Part shown: piece after piece, positions 57,386 through 64,000 of the stretch
Numbering within the stretch: position 1 is the first letter of the stretch
Layout: each line of letters opens with the position of its first letter
Assembly: GCA_963765675.1 (NCBI GenBank)
Contig: CAVXXK010000004.1
Coordinates: 229,998 to 293,997 of the forward strand
Direction: 5' to 3'
Origin: an uncultured delta proteobacterium
Lineage (GTDB): Bacteria; Desulfobacterota; Binatia; Binatales; Binataceae
DNA: 64,000 nt
Notes under the pieces: generated by a model
Seen by the model: the letters and a program-made list of their open reading frames with translations, nothing else
What the model was told of the DNA's origin: nothing
Database searches by the model: none
Translations under genes and position numbers: made by a program

Positions 57386-58558
57386 TCAGGCGGCAGTGCG
57401 CCGATCGATAAATTCTCGCGCCTGCGATCGCGCCCACGAATCGGTTTCGAGGAGATCTTCCAGAGTGTGCGCGGGCGAATTTGGATGACGCGCCATGATC
57501 GCTTCGATCTGCTGCGGAATATCGACGAAGCGCACGCGCCCCGCAAGAAATCCCGCGACCAGCTCCTCGTTGGCCGCATTCAGGCAGGCCGGCATTGTCG
57601 CTCCCGCCGAGAGCGCGTCGAACGCCAAACGCAGGCAGGGAAAGCGAACGAGATCGGGTTCCTCGAAAGTCAGACGCGAGCATTCGACCAGCGAAAGCGT
57701 CTTCAGATGCGGCAGCGCCAGCCGCTCCGGGTAGGCCAGAGCGTACGCGACCGGAATCGCCATGTCCGGCACCGCCATCTCGGCGATCACGGAGCCGTCG
57801 ATCATCTCGACCATCGAATGAATCACGCTCTGCGGATGAATCACGACCGAGACCTGCTCGCGCGTGACGTCAAACAGCCATCGCGCCTCGATCACTTCGA
57901 GCCCCTTGTTCATCAGGGTCGCGGAATCGATCGTGATCTTGCTGCCCATTCGCCAGGTCGGATGATTTAGCGCCTGCTCGATCGTGATCGCGGCAAATCG
58001 GTCCGCCGCAAGCTCGCGGAACGGACCGCCCGACGCGGTCAGTATGATTCGCTTGAGCGACTCGCGTCCGCGGCCTTCGAGGCACTGGAAGATCGCGTTG
58101 TGCTCGCTATCTACAGGCAGCAGGCGCACGCCCGCCTCGCGCACGGCGCGCGTCACCAGCTCGCCCGCGATCACCAGCACTTCCTTGTTGGCAAACGCGA
58201 TGTCTTTGCCCGCCTTGATCGCGGCAAGCGTTGGACGAAGCCCGAGCGCGCCGACCAGCGCCGACATTACGAGCTTCGCATCGCGATGCGTCGCCACGGC
58301 TGTGGCGCCCTCGAGCCCGTGCATGATCTCGGGCTTCGGGCCGTCAAGGCGCGCCCGCAGATCGCTCGCGAGTTCGGCGGTCGCCACTGAAACGAGTTCC
58401 GGTTGAAAGCGATTTATCTGATCGACGAACAAATCAAGGTTGCGCCCCGCCGCCATCGCGACGACGCGGAACCGATCGGAATTTCGCCCGACCACGTCGA
58501 GCGTGGTGACGCCGACCGATCCGGTTGATCCAAGAAGTGAAATCGCCTTCATCGTCAT
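57386..58558 (-). CDS. dxr: 1-deoxy-D-xylulose-5-phosphate reductoisomerase
   Basis: LGSTGSVG, ANKE, PVDSEHNAIFQ, TASGGPFR, HPTWRMGSKITIDSATLMNKGLE, NAANE. Confidence 0.98.
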   Translation of the reverse strand: MTMKAISLLGSTGSVGVTTLDVVGRNSDRFRVVAMAAGRNLDLFVDQINRFQPELVSVATAELASDLRARLDGPKPEIMHGLEGATAVATHRDAKLVMSALVGALGLRPTLAAIKAGKDIAFANKEVLVIAGELVTRAVREAGVRLLPVDSEHNAIFQCLEGRGRESLKRIILTASGGPFRELAADRFAAITIEQALNHPTWRMGSKITIDSATLMNKGLEVIEARWLFDVTREQVSVVIHPQSVIHSMVEMIDGSVIAEMAVPDMAIPVAYALAYPERLALPHLKTLSLVECSRLTFEEPDLVRFPCLRLAFDALSAGATMPACLNAANEELVAGFLAGRVRFVDIPQQIEAIMARHPNSPAHTLEDLLETDSWARSQAREFIDRRTAA

Positions 58559-58565
58559 CGCTCGC

Positions 58566-60524
58566 TCAGCGCGCCGCAGCCAGACGCTTGCGCAGGCGTC
58601 CGAGCGCCATCAACGGAAAGTAATGCGCGTACATGAAGTAGCGAAGATAAAAATGGTTGGGAAAGCCGTTGCCGGTGGATTCGTTTTCATCCCATCCGCC
58701 AACGTCGTTCTGCCGCTCTGTGAGCCACTGCGCGCCGCGCATCACGGATTCGGATACCGCGGCTTCGCCTGCAATCAGGCCGATCATCGCCCACGCCGTC
58801 TGCGATGCGCAACTGGAACCGCGACCGCGCCACGCGGGATCCTTGTCGGCGAGCGGGCTTTCGCCCCATCCGCCGTCGGAGTTCTGCTTCGACTTCAGCC
58901 AATCGACGGCGCGGCGAACCCACGCCTGATTCATGTCGTAGCCGATCGCCTGCAGGCCCGAGAGCGCCGAGAAAGTTCCGTAGATATAGGCGACGCCCCA
59001 GCGCCCCCACCATGCGCCGTCGGCCGACTGGTTTTTCTTGAGCCACTCGATTGCGCGGCGGGCAACTGGATGGTCCGCCTTATAGCCGACCGCGCCCATC
59101 ATCTCGAGCACGCGGCCGGTCAGGTCGGCGCAGGAAGGATCGGTGACCGCTTCGACATCCGCGAGCGGCAACGAGTTGAGCCAGTGCGAATCGTTGTCGG
59201 CATCGAAGGCGGCAAATCCACCGTCCTTCGATTGCATCCCCATGACCCAATTGGCGCCGGCGCGAATCGCGTGCTCGCGTTTGGTCGCGTCGCTCGCGCC
59301 CGCTTCCGCCATCACCGCGAGGATCACCGCCGAGTCGTCGACGTCGGGGTAGCAGTTATTGAAAAACTCGAATGCCCATCCTCCCGGTTCCAGATTCGGG
59401 CGCTTTATCGACCAGTCACCTTTCTGGAAAATCTGATGATCGATAAACCAGTCCACGCACTTAAGCAGCGCCGGATCGTTGGCCGGTGTGCCTGAGTCGA
59501 GCAGCGCCTTGGCCGCGAGCGCACTGTCCCAGTTGGGCGAGACGCACGGCATGTAGAGCGCGCGATCGCCGAAGTCCCATATCAGCTCGCGGCTGGCCTC
59601 CAGCGCTTTGCGCAATACCGGATGATCGTTCTTGTAGCCCAGCGACTTGAGCGCCATCGCCGAGAGCAGGTAGCACGGCTCGATTCCGCCCCACGAGCCG
59701 TTGGCCTCCTGATGCTCCAGAATCCAGGTTTCGGCCTTGCGCAACGCGCGGGCGCGCAAGCCGGCCGGTGCGTGGCGACTGAAAAATCGTAGCCCGCCGT
59801 CGGTTGCGTTGAAGGCCTTGCGCAGCGACAGGAATTTCGTCGCCGGCGGCTGCTTGAAATAGGTGAAATGAGGCGGCTGGATGTAAAGTTCGAGGATACT
59901 TTCCTGAAACGATATTTTCACGACCGGCTTCGTCGCCTGCAGAACCATCAGGCCGAACACGGTTCCGCGCGCCCACGAGGCCAGCTCGTACATGTTGAAC
60001 GGGAACCAATTTGGAAACAAAGCCAACTCTACCGGCATTGCGGCGGTCGCTTCCCAAGGCACCTGACCCATCGCGGCCAGGTAGAATCGCGCGAGCGTGC
60101 CGCACTTTTCGATTCCGCCCTTGGACAGAATCCAGCGCCGCGATTGTAACAGCGGTTCGTCACCGGCACGCATTCCAGCCAGCTTCAGCGCGAAGTACGC
60201 CTCGATCGTGCTCGACAGATAGCCTTCGCCGCCGGCGTACAGGCTCCAGCTCCCGTCGGAGTTCTGGGTGTCGAGCAGATGCTTTTTCAGCTTGGCTTCG
60301 AGCTCGATATCGACGCTTTCCATGAAGTGACTGAAGATGATGAACTCGGCGTTCATCTCGCCGTTGGCTTCGAGTGCGCCGTGCCAGTAGCCCTCGGGAT
60401 GCTGAAGCGCGACAAGAGATCGCTGCGCGCGATCGATCGTGTAATCGATCTTTGCGGCGAACTCGTCATGCGGTCCGGCAGCGGGCAGTTCGGCGTGGCT
60501 GTCAGTTTCGGCGATTTGGCTCAT
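58566..60524 (-). CDS. shc: Squalene-hopene cyclase
   Basis: YPDVDD catalytic motif, multiple QW repeats (QNSDGSW, QEANGSW, QSADGAW, QNSDGGW), GFP..FYLRY. Confidence 0.98.
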   Translation of the reverse strand: MSQIAETDSHAELPAAGPHDEFAAKIDYTIDRAQRSLVALQHPEGYWHGALEANGEMNAEFIIFSHFMESVDIELEAKLKKHLLDTQNSDGSWSLYAGGEGYLSSTIEAYFALKLAGMRAGDEPLLQSRRWILSKGGIEKCGTLARFYLAAMGQVPWEATAAMPVELALFPNWFPFNMYELASWARGTVFGLMVLQATKPVVKISFQESILELYIQPPHFTYFKQPPATKFLSLRKAFNATDGGLRFFSRHAPAGLRARALRKAETWILEHQEANGSWGGIEPCYLLSAMALKSLGYKNDHPVLRKALEASRELIWDFGDRALYMPCVSPNWDSALAAKALLDSGTPANDPALLKCVDWFIDHQIFQKGDWSIKRPNLEPGGWAFEFFNNCYPDVDDSAVILAVMAEAGASDATKREHAIRAGANWVMGMQSKDGGFAAFDADNDSHWLNSLPLADVEAVTDPSCADLTGRVLEMMGAVGYKADHPVARRAIEWLKKNQSADGAWWGRWGVAYIYGTFSALSGLQAIGYDMNQAWVRRAVDWLKSKQNSDGGWGESPLADKDPAWRGRGSSCASQTAWAMIGLIAGEAAVSESVMRGAQWLTERQNDVGGWDENESTGNGFPNHFYLRYFMYAHYFPLMALGRLRKRLAAAR

Positions 60525-60590
60525 GATTGGTTATTACTCTGATGGTATCTCAGCGAACATTCGGGACCGAGCGGTTTTCCGCGCGAAGGT

Positions 60591-61658
60591 TTAGGGAATC
60601 ACCGCGCATTTGAGCGCCTCGCCGCGATCCAGCATCGGGAACACGTCGCCCAACTCGGCGAGGCTGCGGCGCGAGTTGATCACGGCGCCAAAGCCCGCAT
60701 CGCGCCGCGCGAGCATCTCATAAGCGGCGCGCACGTCGCGCGGGCGGTAGTGGAACGGTGCGAGCAGGGTCAGGTTGTCGTAGTGCATCCGCCGCGTATC
60801 GACGCTGAGCGCCGTGCCCGGCGCGCAGCCACCGAAGAATACCACGCGGCCTCCGCGCCGCACGCGCGCGAACGCGTCCGCCCATCCGACGGGCTGCCCT
60901 GTGCATTCGATTACGAGGTCGGGACCAACGCCGCCGCAGAGCTTTGCGGCTTCCGCCGCGGCGTCTTGATGATCAACGTCGATCACGCGGTCGGCGCCAA
61001 GCTCGGCGGCCCATTTTAGGCGCACCGCTCCTCGTCCCGCGACCGCGATCTCGCGCAGTCCGGCGGCGCGCAGCGCGAGCATATGCAGCATCCCGAAGGC
61101 GCCAGCGCCGATAATCATCGCGGTCTCGAATTTTTCCGGATGCGCCATCGCCTGCGCATGAACGACGCACGCCAGCGGCTCGAGCAGCGCGGCTTCCTCG
61201 AACGGAAGCTCAGCAGGCTTGATAAACGTGTTGCGCGCGACGATATGCGCCGGCAGCAGGATCAGGTCGGCGTACGCCCCATGGAACATCCGCCCAAGAG
61301 CACCTTCGCACAGATTTTCCTGACCGCGCGCGCAGAAGAAGCATGCACCACAGGGCGCGGTCGGCGCCGCCATCACTTCGTCGCCGGGCTTGAACGTATC
61401 AACCCCCGCGCCGACTTCGGCGACGACGCCTGAGAACTCGTGGCCGAAGGGCATCGGAAATTTCCATAGCGGATGCCCCCGGCGCCAGGTCTTGAGATCG
61501 GTGCCGCAGCTTAGCGCACATCGAACCTGGAGCAGGATCTCTCCGGGTCCCGGAGACGGCGGCGCGAAATCGCGCAGCTCGATCGTGCCCGGCGCGAGCA
61601 GCATCGCCTGGCGCGGATGCTTCCGATAGGCGGGAATCGCAGCGGCGGCTTGGCTCAT
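60591..61658 (-). CDS. Zinc-dependent MDR dehydrogenase (sorbitol/threonine dehydrogenase-like)
   Basis: CGTD, GHE, CGACFFC..G.ENLC structural Zn site, LLEPLAC, GAGAFG; start overlaps the ispA stop. Confidence 0.92.
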   Translation of the reverse strand: MSQAAAAIPAYRKHPRQAMLLAPGTIELRDFAPPSPGPGEILLQVRCALSCGTDLKTWRRGHPLWKFPMPFGHEFSGVVAEVGAGVDTFKPGDEVMAAPTAPCGACFFCARGQENLCEGALGRMFHGAYADLILLPAHIVARNTFIKPAELPFEEAALLEPLACVVHAQAMAHPEKFETAMIIGAGAFGMLHMLALRAAGLREIAVAGRGAVRLKWAAELGADRVIDVDHQDAAAEAAKLCGGVGPDLVIECTGQPVGWADAFARVRRGGRVVFFGGCAPGTALSVDTRRMHYDNLTLLAPFHYRPRDVRAAYEMLARRDAGFGAVINSRRSLAELGDVFPMLDRGEALKCAVIP

Positions 61659-62546
61659 CGCCCTCGCTCCACGACAAAAGTCGCGATCTCGCGCAGCGCC
61701 TGGGCACGCGCGCCGAACGAAGCCAGCGCGTCGTGCGCGCGCCGTTCGAGCTCGCGTGCGAAGCCGTGCGATTCCTCGAGCCCCAGAAGTGCGGGAAACG
61801 TATTCTTGCCGGCGGCTTCGTCCTTGCCGGTGCGCTTGCCCATCTGTTCGGTCGTGGCTTCGATATCCAGGAGATCGTCCACGACCTGGAACGCGAGGCC
61901 GAGCGCGCGTGCGTACTCGTCGAGCGCTTCGAGCTCCGCGTCGGTTGCACCGCCGAGGCGGGCACCGCCCAGTATCGACGCGCGGAATATCGCGCCGGTC
62001 TTCTTGCTGTGCAAAAGCTTGAGCTCGGCGAGCGCGAGCCGTTTGCGCTCGCTCAGGATGTCGATCACCTGGCCGCCGACCATCCCGGCCGAGCCCGCGG
62101 CTTCGCTTAGCTCGGCGACGGTCGCCAGCACCCGCTCGACCGGCACGCCGGCCAAGGCGGAGCGCGCGAGAATTTTGAATGCGTCGGTCACGAGCGCGTC
62201 GCCTGCCAGCGTCGCGATCGCGTCGCCATAAACCTTGTGATTAGTCGGACGACCGTGGCGCAGATCGTCGTTGTCCATGCACGGCAGATCGTCGTGGATC
62301 AGCGAGTAGGTGTGGATCATCTCGACCGCGCAGGCGAGTCCGAGCGCCGCCTCGGGCGCGCCGCCGACCGCCTCGCACGCTGCTAGACGCCAGGATCGGG
62401 CGCAGGCGCTTGCCGCCCCCGAGAAGGCTATAGCGCATCGCCTCGAACAGGCGCCCGTCGGCGCCGTCGCATTGAAGGACCGCGTCGTCGAGCGCATTTT
62501 GAACCAGTTCGGCGCGCTCTATCAGATAGCGGTTGAGATCAAACAC
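61655..62546 (-). CDS. ispA: Farnesyl diphosphate synthase, frameshifted near 62386
   Basis: N-part AMRYSLLGGGKRLRP (ORF 62241..62546); C-part EMIHTYSLIHDDLPCMDNDD, KTG, FQVVDDLLD, GKRTGKD; deleting one base restores ILALAACEA. Confidence 0.92.
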
Positions 62547-62648
62547 GTTGTTTCCGGAATCGTGCGAGCAAGAAGGACGCGAATCGATCCGCGAGCGCGT
62601 CCTAAGCGACGCGCGTCCTCTGGCGCGCGCGTCGCATCAGTTTTCGCG

Positions 62649-63653
62649 TCAGGCCACGTAGTGCCGAACCATCCGCCACGAATCCTTCAGATTCTTGCCG
62701 AACTCCATCGCGACCGTGCCTTCGAAACCCGAATGCATCTTGCAGTCTTTGCAGCGGATATCCTGGCGGGTTCGGTAGAACTCCCAATCGGTCTTTTCGT
62801 GCATCTCGGCGAAGCTCTGGTAGTGTCCGTTGGTGATCAGGTAGCAAGGACCTTTCCATCCGCGCGGATTGCGCGTGACGGTAGTCCACGGACTGCACGT
62901 CAGATCGTGCTCGCCGACCAGGAAATCGAGATAGATCGGCGTGTTGATGATGTTGTAATCGTGCGAGAGATCGCGCACCTTGCGGAACTTCGCGACGCTC
63001 TCGTCGCCTTGCAGGTACAGGTCGTCGTTGGTCAGCACCTGGTAATGATAGCCCGGGCTCAGCAGCATCCCGTCGACGCCAAGGCTGCCCAGATACTTGA
63101 CCATCTCTTCGAGCTCGTCGGCCGTGGTCTCGCGGAAGACCGTCGTGTTGGTCTGGACGCGGTAGCCCTTGTCCTTGAGCATCTTGACCATCTTGATCAC
63201 GATATCGAAGTGGCCCACGCGATCGGTCACGCGATCGTTGGTGGCGCGCATCCCGTCCAGATGCAGGTTGAAGCTCAGGTAAGGAGAAGGCGCGACCTGC
63301 TTGACGAAGCGCTCGAGCAAAATCGCGTTGGTGCAGATCATCACGTGGCGCTTCTGGTCTTCGATAAGACCCTTGGTCAGCGGCACGATATGCTTATACA
63401 TCAGCGGCTCGCCGCCGCAGATCGAAACCAGCGGAGCGCCGCACTCCTGCGCCGAGGCGAGCGCGTCTTCCAACGGCATCATGTCGCGAATCGAATCTTT
63501 ATACTCGACGATCCGACCGCATCCGACGCAGGCGAGATTGCACGCATGCAGCGGCTCGAGCATCAGCACTAGAGGAAAATATTTTTCGCCGCTGCGCTTC
63601 TTCGATCGCATGTAGCGGCCAAGATCGATCAGTTGCTTGAGTGGCATCCGCAT
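62649..63653 (-). CDS. hpnH: Adenosylhopane synthase (radical SAM)
   Basis: FPLVLMLEPLHACNLACVGCG, SICGGEPL, LSPGY, CSPW, PCYL, CKDCKMHSGFE. Confidence 0.95.
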   Translation of the reverse strand: MRMPLKQLIDLGRYMRSKKRSGEKYFPLVLMLEPLHACNLACVGCGRIVEYKDSIRDMMPLEDALASAQECGAPLVSICGGEPLMYKHIVPLTKGLIEDQKRHVMICTNAILLERFVKQVAPSPYLSFNLHLDGMRATNDRVTDRVGHFDIVIKMVKMLKDKGYRVQTNTTVFRETTADELEEMVKYLGSLGVDGMLLSPGYHYQVLTNDDLYLQGDESVAKFRKVRDLSHDYNIINTPIYLDFLVGEHDLTCSPWTTVTRNPRGWKGPCYLITNGHYQSFAEMHEKTDWEFYRTRQDIRCKDCKMHSGFEGTVAMEFGKNLKDSWRMVRHYVA

Positions 63654-63686
63654 ATCAATCAGCACTCCCCAGGAATCGGGAAAAGT

Positions 63687-64000
63687 TCAGGCGACGGCTT
63701 TGCCGCCGGCAGTGTCGGTCTTGGTTTCGTCTTGAAACAGCCATCCCGCGACCATCGCGACCGCGGTCTCGGGATCGAGCGGACGGTTCTGCAGAAACAG
63801 ATGCTCGATCAAAATGCCGTTGAGCGCCGAGAGAAGAAATCCCGCCGCCGATTCCGGCGTGAAGCGGCGCGCGCACAAGTTTCGCTCCTGCCCGCGCGTA
63901 ATCAACTCCACCAGCATCGCGCGGTAGCCCGAGTACAGCTTCAACACCTGGTCGCTCAGGCCCTCGGCGAAATGCTGATCATGCAGCATCTGCGCGATAA
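63687..64000 (-). CDS. Probable TetR-family regulator, C-terminal part (5' end outside the window)
   Basis: YRAMLVELITRGQERNL..FTPESAAGFLLSALNGIL resembles a TetR ligand-binding domain end; the HTH is not visible. Confidence 0.6.
   Translation of the reverse strand, partial: IAQMLHDQHFAEGLSDQVLKLYSGYRAMLVELITRGQERNLCARRFTPESAAGFLLSALNGILIEHLFLQNRPLDPETAVAMVAGWLFQDETKTDTAGGKAVA

Noticed and set aside
62568-62635. GC-rich hairpins between hpnH and ispA
   Set aside because: Short stems with no U-tract are expected by chance at this GC content; at most an mRNA stability element.
14221-63572. Long alternative ORFs such as 15402..16811+, 17812..18936+, 48318..50174+, 54447..55619+ and 62310..63572+
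   Set aside because: Antisense or off-frame shadows of well-recognised genes, expected with high-GC codon bias; no motifs of their own.

Overview
GC-rich, gene-dense bacterial chromosomal window with no rRNA, tRNA, CRISPR, transposase or prophage recognisable. Gene content (DUF1329 protein, amidohydrolase_2, ferritin-like diiron protein, haloalkane dehalogenase, mau accessory genes, hopanoid genes, rpsF-rpsR-yybS-rplI) resembles Binatota (Ca. Binatus-like); this taxonomy is inference only. Main blocks: (1) 0.5-5.6 kb Cys-rich lipoprotein, diiron protein, GH1 and a mauE-mauD-cytc-cytc unit lacking mauA/mauB/mauG; (2) rpsF-priB-rpsR-yybS-rplI-GST operon with an S6:S18 RNA leader; (3) 11-subunit complex I operon nuoABCDHIJKLMN without nuoEFG; (4) 24.5-50 kb mixed metabolic and envelope genes with three copies of an ~85 bp BoxC-like palindromic repeat and a highly structured intergenic region before an aldo-keto reductase; (5) a hopanoid locus (TetR-hpnH-ispA-Zn dehydrogenase-shc-dxr-hpnCDE-hpnA-cruF-like, hpnG, hpnK, with hpnR ~5 kb away). 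The best candidates for new biology are two uncharacterised enzymes embedded in the hpn operon (a polyol-dehydrogenase-like protein that could be the unidentified ribosylhopane-to-BHT reductase, and a CruF-like hydratase) and the orphan mauED plus asymmetric cytochrome c pair. Four genes (iaaA, Vgb-like, VOC, ispA), possibly five, carry single-base insertions that are most likely sequencing errors. All calls come from motif recognition, not database searches.
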